Below are positions 13,366 through 26,916 of a DNA stretch of 64,000 bases, in pieces; within the stretch, counting starts at the first letter, position 1; each line of letters starts with the position of its first letter. Made by a program: the position numbers and the translations under genes. The stretch lies in NCBI RefSeq assembly GCF_009834535.1, contig NC_045697.1, forward strand, positions 106,890,001 to 106,954,000, written 5' to 3'. Origin of the DNA: Camelus ferus (Eukaryota). Below the pieces are notes generated by a model. It did no database searches and was not told the DNA's origin. It worked only from the letters and a program-made list of their open reading frames with translations.

Positions 13366-14380
13366 TTCACTTTTTGTTTCCTATTTGGAAAACTTTTCCA
13401 TATTTCAGTATTGGAAAGAAATCTTCCTATATTATCTTCTAAATGTTTATACTTTTGACTTTATTTTTAAAGCTTTAATATATTTTAATTTTTGTTTATG
13501 ATATACAATAAGGTTACTACTTTATTTTTTCCGTATTAATATCTGTTATGGGTTGAACGGTATCCCCCAAATTTCATATGTTGAAATCTTAACTCAGAAT
13601 GTCCTTATTTGGAAGTAGGGCCACTACATACGTAATTATTCATGTTAAGATGATGTCATACTGCAGTAGAGTGGGTCCTTAAACCAAGGTAACTGGTGTC
13701 CTTATAAAAAGGGAAAATTTGGACACAAAGATATAGCTAGGGGGAAGATGACTTGAAGAGACATGAGGACACAACAGCTAAACACAAGCCAACAAGAGGC
13801 CTAGAACTAATCCTTCATCCACAACACTCAGAAAAAATCAACCCTGCTGGACTCTGATTTTAGACTTCCAGCCTCCAGAACTGTGAGTCAAAACATTTCT
13901 GTTGCTTAAGCCACCCAGTTTGTGGTACTTTGCTAAGGCAGCCCTAGCAAACCAACACAGTAACTATTTATCTTGGCACCATTCCTTCCCCTACAGATGA
14001 GTAATACCAGCTTTGTGACAGATGAAATTTCTTTATATGTCTTGGTCTTTTTCTGGGTTCTCTGCTCACTTTGATTAGTCTCTTTCTCCTAATTCTCCCT
14101 AGTTATGACAGCTTTATAATCATTCTTGATATACAGTAAAGCAAGTTCCTCTGAAATCTGTTCCTGTTCTCAGAAAGGGTTGTGGCTATAATTGACCCTT
14201 TGTCCTTTGCAAGCAGCTTTTCATATTCCAACAAAACAAAACAAATCTACTGGGACTTGGATTGGCTTTTATACTGCATTTATAAGTAACTGTGGGGAGA
14301 ATTAATAACCTATCAAAACAGTACATCTTTTTTTCCCCCACTTATTAAGGTGTTCTTTCTGAATTAGAATTGTCACAGTA
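13366..14380 (-). mobile_element. Degenerate L1 ORF2 fragment in opposite orientation, split by an MLT1 LTR
   Basis: tttctgggttctctg...cagctttataatcattcttgatat...tttataagtaactgtggggagaattaa; the homology resumes after 13959. Confidence 0.55.
13544..13959 (+). mobile_element. MaLR solo LTR (MLT1B-like)
   Basis: tgttatgggttgaac...gacttccagcctccagaactgtgag...agccacccagtttgtggtactttg...gcagccctagcaaaccaacaca. Confidence 0.92.
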
Positions 14381-17300
14381 AATAACATATCAGGACTAAA
14401 AACAAACCAAACACTAATCATTTTAGAGTTTTAAAATTCTTCATACATATCTACCCCCATTCCCCAGGAATTTAGATCCAACCACTGCATGGGTGAGAAG
14501 GTGGAAGGGTGGGGAGGTGATGTGTCCATAGTTGAGAATAATTATTACCAACTATACCACCAAGGCTATTTACATTCTTGGCCATATCATTGTCAATACG
14601 GAAAATGAAAAGGCAATTGGAAGAGAAACAGTATGAAAACAGCACGTTAGCTTCCGGCATTTCTACTCCAAAAAATAAAAAAATGTTGCCTAGTTAACTC
14701 TCTTAAGAAACAGAGTTTTAAATGCCATTGCCTCAGAAAATGGAAACAAGGAAATGAAAAAAGGTAAAAAAAGTGCAACCCCTTTCAAACTTCAAACTTC
14801 TCAACCTTACAGTGTTCCTAAACACTGTAATTTAAAACATAATACGCTAGTACAATAATCTAATTGTTGTATCATTGCAAACTCAGCCAACTCAAGCTAC
14901 AGGTCTTGCTCTGTGTACACGTCTAGCATTGTTTCACTAGGCACATGAGAGTCTTTGTTTCATCACTTGAAAAATGTAAATTTTCCATTCAAAGGAAAAA
15001 GTTAGAGGAGATGGACCTAGTTCAGCTACAGATAAAAGATCTACATTTATGCTGAATAGATTTAAATTTTAGCAACAGATAGGAAAGACAAGGTTGGTGG
15101 TGAAATGAAATCTGAAATTTTAATTTTTCTCTCGGATAATAACGTTAAAAAAATCACTTTTAATTTGTCCATGTATCATCTGGAAAGAAGATGACACACT
15201 CATTTTATTTTTCTTTACCTTCTCAAGCAAGTGAAGGCTCATGTCACCATTATGAAATAGTAGAGAAGACGGAAGCTACAGAGAATACACAAAAGCCAAT
15301 GTGATTCTAACTGGTAACCTCAGGGCAATTCATCAATAGAAGCCTTACTTTATTAAAGTCATGCCACTTCTCAGCCTTGAGAAGCTTTCTATTTCAACAA
15401 CCTAAGTTATCAAAAAGGAAGTACCCTCTCCAAAGAGTAGAGATACTGTCTGTCTGGTTCACTGATCTGACAGTTGCTGGTATGTACCTAGGCACTCAGA
15501 AGTACCTGTTAAATGAACAAATTACTTTTCATTAGTAGTATAATTTGAATAACTTATACATCCTGCAGCTAAAACAAAATGCTCTACTTCACCAACTTTT
15601 ATAAATGGTGTTACTGCTGAGAGTATGGTTTTGTCTCTTATTCAACTTAGAACTTGAGAGGCAGTATAATATAGGTCCATAACATCAACATTATATCATG
15701 GGATAAATGATGAGCAGTCTGAACTCATACATTTTTATATTATTTGAAAGTAGGAAGGCCTGTTTCTCATTTATATTTCTGAAGCAGTATTTGGAATAAT
15801 TTTTTTTTCTTGTCTAGGTAATATTAAATAACTCCATTCCAGAGATTGGTCTGTGTTAAGACTGCTTTGGTTTTACTTTGATTCCAACTGTTCAGAACAA
15901 AGAAAATTTTATTTACATAGCTTAAAGAATAATCAGTCCTATCTTGGGTTTCCTTCTAAAACACACAGGATATTATCTTTTGTATATAAATTCAACACTT
16001 GAGCCAATTTACCAATCCTATATTCAGATCTTCACTACCTACAGAAAACTCTGAGGAGTAAAATGCTTAGGCAAGGTGGTAGTTACACTCCTCTAACACA
16101 AATAGAAAATGTAGCATTATTGTCTACCATTAAAATCATGCTTCTAAAAATATTCTATTCTCTTGAAATAATATTTGGGCAACGAACTACTTAAAAAAGA
16201 CGTGCTGGGTATCTTAAAATGAGTATGTCCGTTAATTAAATCTGGGATCCCCTGCTACCAATGGAGTCCTGTACAATCTGTTATTATTCACTGTCCTATA
16301 GATCATCTGTTCCTGGTGCTGGCTTGTTCCAGGAAGAGAGACAGCTGCAACACTATATCCCTGTTCAACCTGAGGACCATCTGACTTTAATTGTAACACA
16401 CAGCTTGATGTGGCTCTGGCTATGAGAAGCCAAAGTATCGTCTGTAATAATCTGGAAAAGCAGAAACCTGCCAACAGAGAGCTGAAAACAGGGACTTGTG
16501 CTGTCTGGCTGCCTGACGGGCTGCAGGAAATATGATTAATGAGTAAGGTATAATGATATCAGGAACCCGATTAGCACCACAAAAAGGTCACAGATCAAAG
16601 TAGTATGCATTTCATGAGCTGCAATCATTGCATAAAATCTGTGGATTTGAAGAGGTAAAGCAAAAAGAGGAGGGGGAAACAAACCCTTATGTGATAACAT
16701 GCTAACAGATACATAAAATACCATACCACTGATTTAGTCACTTACAGAAAGTTAACAGGAAATTTTAAAATGAATCAATATGAACTGCACCATAAGAAAG
16801 CTTTGTTCATCACAGGTGTATAATACATATTTCTGAATGAATGAATGAATAAGTTCTTATATTCTTTCATAAAGACAAATCTAAGTAAAATCAAGTATTT
16901 TCCTAATTACAATTTAAATGATCAGAAATGTAAATATTCATCTCTAAACTGTGTTTGCATTTAACTTGCAGTGAACTGTTATCAGTTCTGTTAAGAATAT
17001 AAGCTTATTCAGAGCCTAACAACTATGAAGACATCTGTAAAACTCGTATTGAATCACCAGAATGTTTAACAGCGTAATAACGCTGCAATAAATGTGTGGT
17101 TAGTATTATAAAATACTACTTTGTATAAAATTTCATAGTCATGTCTTAGTTTAGAGCATGAGCAGCCAACACTGAAATCTTACTGGAAAGCAGTTTGGTA
17201 AGCTGCCACCTTCTGTTCCTTGGTGCCCTTGGGAGACTTGTTTCGAAGAGACCTGGGTCTTCTGAGGCGAGGGTAGTGAGAGTAAAGATGGGAGGTACTC

Positions 17301-17679
17301 TCCGGAGAGTGGCTTACCTTAATTTACACAGTTAAATTTTCCTCATTGTCAAAATGTTGTTGAAGAGCTTTAAATATAACTGATTCAAATGTTTCTGCCT
17401 CTTAAACTTCTTTTTAAAGCAAACACAGTGACAAATTTCTTTGCATTTTTAATAATACTAAATAAGGTAACGATTAACAGAGAGTTGGTTCCCTTGAGAC
17501 TTAAAAGTTAAATTATATGAGAAAAAGTGTTTCAATAATAAAATGATAAAAAGAACATGATTTAAATTTTTTTCTTAAAGATATATTCCTCAAGAATGGG
17601 GATGATTATTTATATATCATTTTTATATCTAGCTGATAGTAAAAACATTTATTAAACATGGTGATTCAAAAGGATACTT

Positions 17680-18558
17680 TAAAAATGAAAAGACAAGCCA
17701 CCAACTAGGAGAAAAATATCTGCAAAACATATGTTGGATAAGAGACTATGGAATATAGAAAGACTTCCTACAAGTAAATAATAAAAAGATAAACAACCCA
17801 ATTAAAAAACAGGCAAAAGATGTGAATAGATAGTTCACCAAAGAATATACAAGAGTAGAAAATAAGCCTATAAAAAGGTGGTCAGCATCATTAGTCATTA
17901 GGGAAATGCAAATTAAAATCATAATGCACTACCTACTGAAGCAACTAGCATAAGTAAGATTGACAACATCAAGTCTTTCCAAGGATATGGAAGACTGGAA
18001 CTTCATATATTGTTGGTGGGAATGCAAAATGGCACAGTAGACATATTCTTATCATATGACCCAGCAATTAAACTCCTAGGATTCTAGCCAAGAGAAATGA
18101 AAACAGATATCCACCCTACATGCAGATGTTCATAATAGCCTCAAACGAGAAAAAAGCCAATGTCCATAAACTAGTAAATAAACAAAATGCGCTACACCTA
18201 CACCATGGAATACTATGCAGCAATACAAAGAAATGAACTACTGATACATGCACAAAATGGATGAATCTCAAAAACATTGTGCTCAGTGAAAGAGCCAGGC
18301 ACAAAGAGACTACATATTGAAGAATTTCAGTTCTAAAATTTTCCTAGAAAAAACAAAACTATAGAGTCAGAATCAGTGGTTGCCTGGGACTAGGACTGGG
18401 AGCAAACAGGTACACAGAAACTTTTTGGAGTGTTGTACACTGATTGTGGGGATAGTTATACCACTGTATAAATTTACTGAAACTCTTTGAATTATGCACT
18501 TTTAAACAGGTGGATTTTATGGTATGTAAATTATACCTCAATAACTGTGTTTTAAAAT
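17680..18558 (+). mobile_element. Old L1 3' end (ORF2 C-terminus plus 3'UTR)
   Basis: cattagtcattagggaaatgcaaattaaaa...tgttggtgggaatgcaaaatgg...tggatgaatctcaaaaacatt...gtaaattatacctcaataa. Confidence 0.9.
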
Positions 18559-18939
18559 GGTAGACAAACATTGAAAGCAAAAATAAAGAAAAAAAATGCA
18601 GAATGACTGTACCTTCTGTTGACTTCTATTCATCCCTGAGGGTGGTGGTGTGGGAATCACACAATCATAGAAAACTGTCACATTTAAAAGCTCGACATCT
18701 CCTTTAGTATCTTTCAGAGCTAAGCTTTGTCTTGGGCTCTCATTTTAATTACAGTAACTTGAGAATTTTGAAAAATGCATGAAGTAAACTATAATGCAAC
18801 ATGTATCTTACGACCGTGATAGAATGTTAGGTGCTATTTCCTGAAGGCCTACTGTAAACCAGAGAATATTCTAGGAATATTTTACATATCTAATTACAAC
18901 TTTTTTTCCTTGTATATTTTTTTTCCTGATTACAACTTT

Positions 18940-19085
18940 ATACTCATAATTTTCAAATTAGAAATGAGGAAACCAAGGCTCAGAAAGGTTAAATTGCCTA
19001 AGGTCCCAAAACCAGCAAAGTGAGTTCTCCAGGATTGGGAAAACTGGTCTAATGCCAAAGCCTATGCTCTTTCCACTCCCCCTGC
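18940..19085 (-). mobile_element. MIR fragment
   Basis: atgaggaaaccaaggctcagaaaggttaaattgcctaaggtc is the reverse MIR core. Confidence 0.8.
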
Positions 19086-19923
19086 ATTGCTTCCAGTTGA
19101 TATAAAGTGTGAAATTTCAGTAATAATGGACTGCAATTAAGATCTAGAATACAGGACTCAAATGTAATTACAGGTAGAAAAGGTAAGGAGTGTGACCAAG
19201 AAAACTAAAATGAAATAATTTTCCTTGTTTAAGTGTGAAGAAACAATACAATTTAAATTTCATTTTTAATATGAAGTATTCAGGGTAATGATACTTCTTT
19301 TAAAAACTGAGAATAAAGCTCCCTGATTCCAAGCATTTATGATAATTAAGCTAAAAAGAAAAGGATATATTACTTATTCATAAAACAATACAGAATCCAT
19401 ATAACAGAGGATATTAAAGAGTTCACTAGAGAGGATTATGAAGAGTTGTTTGTAAGCATAATGATTACTGGGCTTTTAAGTTTTTGGGTTTTTGTATTCT
19501 AAATATTCCATGAAGATTTCCTTCAAAAGATAGATTCGGGATATAATTGGAAAATCTTGTTTCTATTACTAAAACGTGCCATAGCCTTCTAACCTGGAAA
19601 ACAGAATTATGCTCTTTTCCTCATATTGGAAAAAGCACAGAATTCTAGTTTCACTTATAACTTTTCCTTATAAATTTGAATCATCGTGTATATATAAAAG
19701 TAACCTAAATTCTGCACACAAGAATAAAATAAAGCATGATACCTTTCAAATCAATAAAATTTTATGAAGTACACATGGAGATTCATGAACTGTTAGGTTA
19801 CTTTCAGTTATCTCTATCAACTAGTTTTTTCCAGAAGAGCAAGGGTTAATGATTACACCAACACATGAAAGATACTTTGAGAAAAAGCTCAGGACAGACA
19901 GAGTAGATGGTTACTTATCTTAC

Positions 19924-20076
19924 CAATCTGTTTATGCGAACAAATTCTTCTGAGGTTTTGGCCCAAGGAGGAAGCTCAACATCAGACACCACTGTCCCAT
20001 CATCCATCACTCCAAGATTATAATTATTGAAGTTGACAAACATCTCAGGGAGATAATAAAATTCAGGGATCAACTC
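19924..20076 (-). CDS. LRBA: LRBA coding exon (BEACH), 153 bp; absent from the ORF track
   Basis: ctatttctatatag|GAG TTG ATC...AGA TTG|gtaaga encodes [51 protein letters not shown], with the ELIPEFYY and LPPWA motifs. I did not see the next exon (ALESEF...) in 1-19923. Confidence 0.97.
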
Positions 20077-21339
20077 CTATATAGAAATAGAAGAAAATGT
20101 CATATTATAAATTGTAGAACACTGACTAGGTATTCATAAAAGGGCTTGATCATTTCCTATAGTGCAGAAGAACAGAACAAACACTGGAATTTTTTTTCTC
20201 TTTTCACATCATAGCCTTATCACAAAGTAGACATTGAGGTAGACAGAGCCTATTCAACCAAACTGAAATAACATCTTACTGATTGGTTACATGCTTTTCT
20301 TTAGGACAAGTCTCATCAACTCAAGACTCTTAAATGCCAACATCTGAGTAATATTTGAGGATTGACAAGATACAGAGATAACGTGATGTAATAATAACAA
20401 TCATCTAAGCTAGGTTTGTTTTTTTTTTTTTTTTTAGGTATATGGAATTTTTGCTAGAAAATACCAAAATCTTTAAAAACATTAAAATGCCTTGGTGTCA
20501 TCATGAACCAGGCAGATACTCTTTACATTTAGCCAAGGTTTAACAATGTATTTTGCTCATGTTCCAAAATATTCAAGTTTAGTTTTAAGGTATTAACTCA
20601 GATAAAAGATCAAAATTTATAATTAGTTTAGAAAATGACCTACATGAGAAACTGAGTAAATTAAATACGACTTTAATAAGGACATTTAAAATACACTTTA
20701 ACAGGACACTTAATAAGCAGAAAAATGCAAGCCAGTTAGGTTTCTGTGTACAATAAGCCCCATGTATAACGATTTCAGGGGTCCTGAAGATCAGACCTGA
20801 AATCCAGTCTTGACATGGGTCAGTGACTCAGTGGTCTTTCAGATACCCCCTCAGGGCCAGCTATGGCAGGCCCGGCTTTCCAAACGGTTGAGTAAAATAG
20901 GGAGGTCATCAGACTTTGGACAAGGTCAGTATGAACTCGCTAGAGCAAAGAAAAAAAATTCAGCAGGAATTAAGCTATTATCACCTCCATCATCCATGTG
21001 AAATGTTGCTTGACTTTGAATCGTACATCCTTTGTTTACAATCACAGTAATTAACTAAGCAGGGTAGACATAAGCTTGTCCTCCAAATGCCTGACAACCA
21101 CCTGATCGCTGACTTGAAAAACATTTAAACTGAACAAAAAACAATTTTTTTTAAAAAAGGTAGAAACTTGTTAACAGTTTAACCATAAATGAAATGACAC
21201 AGTGATCATACAAACATTTTTAAGATTCTCATCTCCCAAAAGGATGCATATAAGTCTAATTGACAAAAAAGGGAAAGGCACGTGTTATTTTACACAACAA
21301 AAAGCTCTAACCAATTTGTTAGAGCTAACATTTGCTGCA

Positions 21340-21550
21340 TGAGATGAGTCAAGTACTAAAAAAAACTCTTAATAAACCCTACCACGTTTAAGCTTCACAA
21401 CTTTACAAGGTGAGGTATCATCTCCATTTTAAAAATCAACTAAGGCTCAACAAAGTTAGTCATTTGCCCAAGGTTACACAGCTGATATATGAGAAATTTA
21501 GAACTTAAATCAAGATTTGTCTAACTCTAAAGCCTGTGTCCTTAATCATC
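21340..21550 (-). mobile_element. MIR fragment
   Basis: catctccattttaa...actaaggctcaacaaagttagtcatttgcccaaggttacacagct...gtctaactctaaagcctgtgtccttaatca. Confidence 0.85.
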
Positions 21551-24500
21551 AAATAAGCATAGGTTCCACTCACACAGCGCTGAACATTTTAAATGTAAGT
21601 ATTTAAAATATATTTTAAGCAATTTTTTAAGAAGTAAACAAAAACTTATCATTCTTTCATGATAAGTAAACAACTGATTACATATGTAGTATTTACTACT
21701 TAATAAAATTAATCAAAAGGAAGAATTTTAAAAATATGCTGTAATTATTATTTACCCATATAGGAAGAAAAATCACTTTTTAACTATTACTAATTTACTT
21801 TCCAGTATGCATTCCATAAATTCCAACTTTGAACAAATTTCTCAAAATGTCTTATTTTCACTTCACATTATTTCCATGCCTTCCTTCTATATTTAAAATC
21901 AAAAGCAGCATTTTAGTTTAATTAAATACTTATTCTTCAAATTATGTGAATTTCAAATAATATCACCATAGTGCTCCGACAATTACAGGATGTTGCCGTT
22001 TATTTTTGCCTGTTGTACTCACTACACATCTATGTGGCAATTCCCCTAAGAGTCAAAACAATTATAATGGCTGAATTTTAGATGCTAGGCTTGTCCCAAG
22101 TTTTAAAATTTGGGCGATCAGTCATTTGTATTATAAATCAGAGATACATATTACCTAATAAAAATATTTTTAAAATACTATTTCTTGAGGCCACGTCTAG
22201 AAAGCAGAAATGGAACAAGTGAATTTCATGGCAATTTTCATAAAAAATAAAGTCTTCAGTCCTCCTTATACAGCCCCAAAGTTCTTATGATTTTGTACAT
22301 TTTTCTGTTATCTTCTACATCTGTCATTTTATTCAGCTAAATAAATTGACCAAAATATATCTGCTCAAAATGGAAATCTTCTTCATTGTTTTTTTTATAA
22401 GTTCTAAACTAAATTAACAGAAATATGTTTTGTTCCTGGCCTACTTTATTTAAACAGTTGAATTTACTATGAATTTATTCTGTTACTTTAATATTAATAG
22501 CTCAACTTAAATATAAATTTAGTTAATCCAACTTGAAATTAAATGGAGTAAAATTACACATAAATAATATAAGAAATTTTTAACAAGAGGTACAAAGGAA
22601 GCAATTTAAAACTTTTAAGTCTTACTAGACTATGTTAAACTTTCAGTTAAATAATTTCCATCATGCTGGAAGGGAGGTAATAAACTCATCAATTTCCATA
22701 ATTCCCATAGATTTTATTTGTAATTTCCTACTAAAAATAGATATCCTGTAAATTCTGTACAATGGACATTATACAAATATTTCAAAATTAAAATTTTAAA
22801 GTTTATTAATTAAAATTTAAGCTTAATATTTCACTAGAAATTTACTGAGATAAGAATTTTGTGTTTTGCTCTCTTTATTTTCTGCCTCTCACCCTGTACC
22901 CCTCCAATTTCAAGGGAGTAGTCAGGCATTTCCAGAACATTTGCAGGGCCCAGAGCAGAAACCTGTTGAAGACATCCTCTTTTTCTGTCTTTTGTGAAAG
23001 TGTAAACACACGGGAGATTATGTAAAATGTCCAGGAAAAGCAGCGTCAAAGGTTAGTATTTTTAAAAAGACAGAAACCAAAGAAAAGAGAGAAGATTTTC
23101 CCCCAAAATTAGGGAACCAAGTTTCTCAAAATCTGTAACCACCTTTTTTTCAGCCTGAGGGGAAGGTGAGGGGATGGCGTGCTTACTGCAAATGGTAATC
23201 AGGGTCACTGCTTGCCCACCTAAGGGCCTCTGTAGGAATTAGAGAAAAGCAATCCTTCTGGGCTAATTCGGCCCCAAGAGAACTCAGCGTGGTAAGTGTA
23301 GAACAGCTCTATCTTTCCTCCAGTCAAGCACCCTCCCCCCACATAGAGAACAACCTGCCCACCTCTACATGATAGCTTCATGATGGTGTACTTAGGGAAG
23401 CCAGTCCCTTGGCACCAGGGCCTTTGGCATCAGAAAATATATCTTAACTCAAGTTTGGATAGCCAGCAGTGCTGTTGGCTTCCAAAAGACCATGTGTCTT
23501 AGACAATGAGGATATTACAGATAAACTGAAAACGTGAGAGCCAATTATCTAGGTACCGCATGAGCCTGGATCTCATTCAAGCCCTGGGAAAAGGAGGTCC
23601 CTGTACTACCCATCTAATGACTGTGAAAGAATTTCCCACTAGCCTAATATGAAGAAGATTTGAATTCAAACCAGGACATTTTTCTTATACACTTGAGTTG
23701 GTGGTTAGGAGTTTATTATATGTACAGTTGGTTTAGAGAGAACTATATGGATGGAGTAGGAGATAATTTAAAATAGGACAAATGTTTCCAAGAAATCAGT
23801 ACTGAAGAAAAAGATTATGAAAAATCTAATAGTATACAGGACATTATCAAATAAGCACAATTAAGTAAAGGAATGAGTATATATACTTAAAAATATTATA
23901 ACCTCTTGAAGGAAATCTGCATAAATAAATCAGTTGATGGGAGTTGAATACCCTCTTAATACAAAATAAATATGCTGAACTCAACTGAGGTCCACCAACG
24001 TGTAACCAAATACATAAGTACATATACTACCTGAATTTTACTATGCATGATAGTGACATTCAAATTATACAGTAGAATTCCATTTTAATCTTAAAAGCAT
24101 CTTTCTAAAACTCATGCTTTGATATAATGCCAATATTACAGCTTAAAATTATTTCCTTGGACAGATGAAATTTAGTAATAGAATCAAAGATTATGTCTTT
24201 CTAATACTTCCAATGTCCGTTTACAAAGTGAAGTATGTTTTATATTCATTAGAACAGAACATTCAGCTCTGGATAAAAAACATGTTCAGCAATTCCATCA
24301 GCGGAAAATGATAAGAAAACAGCACTGACAGAAGACAGATATTTACAATTCACATTTTCTTTGGACTTGCTGACAATAATTTTAACCTGTATCACTTAAT
24401 TAGGCAGATGGGTCTTAGAGGCAGGTAACATGGTCAAAATATAGTGTATAATCTCCTAAAATAAAAATGTGAAAGGTTCAACCAGAGGTTATACCACAGT

Positions 24501-24814
24501 TCAGGATAAGCTGATTGCTTTGATCACAAATCTCAGGGCTTTCAAGGCATAATGACAAGGATTGGTTGTGACCACACATATGCTTTAGTTTTCTTTATTA
24601 AAGTATGATCCTCACTGATACGAATGTGCTCAGCAGTGAGGCTGTGTGACTCTCCTAACAGTCACCAGTTCTACCTACAGAACTAAAACCTTCACTTCCA
24701 TAATACCTGGACAGCCGTGACAAATAGTAATCTACCAGTCCAAAGCAAAAAGATAATCAAAACTGAAATCAATATAAAGATGCTACTTCAGTGATAAGTT
24801 TTTATTTTATTCTT

Positions 24815-24985
24815 TTTTTAAAAAATGTATTTATTTATTATTGTATTATATTATTTATTTATTTATTTTTTGATGGGGTGGGGAGGTAATTAGATTTATT
24901 TTTAATAGAAGTACTGGGGATTGAACCCAGCACCTTGTGCATGCTAAGCATGTGCTCTACCACTTGAGCTATACTCTCCCCTCAC
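24815..24985 (-). mobile_element. tRNA-Ala-derived SINE (camelid Vic-1 type)
   Basis: Minus strand ggggagagtatagctcaagtggtagagcacatgcttagcatgcacaaggtgctgggttcaatccccagtac (A and B boxes), then an (AAAT)n tail. Perfect 12-bp TSD TATTTTATTCTT at 24803-24814 and 24986-24997. Confidence 0.9.
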
Positions 24986-25599
24986 TATTTTATTCTTACT
25001 AAAATATGAAATCCTGACAAGTCAAATATAAGCATGATAACAAGGTAACTAATTTAATGTATACTGCTTGGGGACATTGATGGTAAAAAAAGAAAAAGAA
25101 AAATTGTAGTTTTTTACATTGGAAAAATTATATATTTTATGAAGAAAAAATTCAAAGTAAGCTTTCTTAGTGAAGAAAAAAAATTGATGAACAACATATT
25201 ATTTTTAAAAGTACATGTTCTGACACATATTAACTTTCAAGGATTTATTGTGTTAGCCCACAAATGAGAAAAACTTAAAAAACTGATCAGAGTTGAATTG
25301 AACCTTTAAGTCATTTTAAATGGACTGCATATCTGAATGTTTTCAAATGGATGTTTAAATTTAGTTTGTCCTTATTCAGTAGATACAATACTATTTTTTA
25401 CTTTAGTAAAAGAAACATTAATAGCAATTTTTAAATTGGAGAAGAAAAAAATAACTGATAATCTTTCCAGACAGATACAATTAATATTGTGTGGTTTTAG
25501 ATATTAAAGTTTCATTTCAAATTAAAAATAAAGAAAAATCACAGATTACAAACCAACAGACAGTAAATAATCTATCTCAATCTAATATAGTGGAATCAA

Positions 25600-25760
25600 T
25601 AACTGGGTTTGAGTCTTATCTATTCAACTCACTGGTTAATTTAATTTTTTTGACCCCTACTCACTTCAATTGCCATTTCTAAAACATAGGGTTGTTGTAA
25701 GGCTAATATGAGATAATACAGAATTCAATACGAACACAAGATCTTATTATTATTACTATT
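25600..25760 (+). mobile_element. MIR fragment
   Basis: ctgggtttgagtct...catagggttgttgtaaggctaatatgagataat...tattattatt. Confidence 0.6.
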
Positions 25761-25814
25761 ATTGGTATTATCATTAATGTGGCCCCTCGAATTAGAGACT
25801 CAACTTGTCTGATT

Positions 25815-25940
25815 CTTTTTGGGGGAGAGGGTGGCGAATCACGTTTCTTTCTTTCTTTCTAGAAGGAGAACTGGGGATTGAACCCAGGACCTCATGCATA
25901 TTAAGCATGTGCTCTATCACTTTAGCTATACCCTCCCCTC
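25815..25940 (-). mobile_element. tRNA-Ala-derived SINE (Vic-1 type)
   Basis: Same tRNA-like head. TSD CAACTTG(T/C)CTGATT at 25801-25814 and 25941-25954, one mismatch. Confidence 0.9.
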
Positions 25941-26916
25941 CAACTTGCCTGATTTTTAAAGCCAAAAGGTCATTCATTGGCTATAACTATTCATTTAACA
26001 TAATCCTAAGGGCATTTTAACAAAATTTACTTGTAAAAATAAGTATGTTCACAAAAATATTTGAGACTCAATAATTCCTACTAAATAACTATCACAGTTA
26101 AAACAAATTTGTTTATTTTTATTAGCAATGACAGTACAGCTTAACATGCCTCACTTTACGAGGCGTACTCTCAATATTTTATAGCTCTCTCCTGCTTTCA
26201 ACATTTTTTTTCCTTTTATATTTAGACCGGACATTTTCACTGAGCCTTTTGCTGTTCTAGAACCCTATCTTTAAGAAATTGTAATTTGGGAAGAGATAAT
26301 GGACATTACTAATGGAAATAACAGGTAAGCTGTGACTGTCAGAAGAGAAGATGTAAATAAATACCCACCTGAAGTCCTTTCTGGAACAAGTTGTAAAATA
26401 CACACATTTTGCTATGAGTATAGGGGAGAACAATTAATATCAGGGTCTATCAATATATTAATGAACAGCCTACATTTGTCAACTAAACAAAAATATCCTA
26501 AGATCACCAGTGATAAAATAAGTCACAGCTGGTGTGTGTACATTTTTATAATTCAGGAAAATAGGAACATTTTCTAAGTGACTTAGAAAAACTTCTTTCC
26601 CGGTATATAAATAACATAAGAAGAAAAATATTCAGTGTTTCAAGTGATTTTTCTTAAAGAACAACAAAAAAATGGTTCATTGTAGACTTACGAGTACGAA
26701 GTTCAATGCTAAAAAAAAAATTAGCAAAGGAATACATCATTTAACCTACTAATGTATGAAGAAGAAAAAGGTTAAAGAGATGTGGTTAAATTAACAAATC
26801 TGTAAGTCACGTATAAGTTATGTACAAAAACAAGGATAAACACATATGTGGTTCAGCTAGAGTGTGTTTTACACCGTTAAGAGGTGAGACAGCTTGAGTT
26901 CACTGTAATGTGGATG

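Noticed and set aside
13316..13543. Twin-priming inversion at the plus/minus L1 junction near 13365
   Set aside because: The two pieces look differently diverged and I see no shared TSD; independent insertions are the simpler reading.
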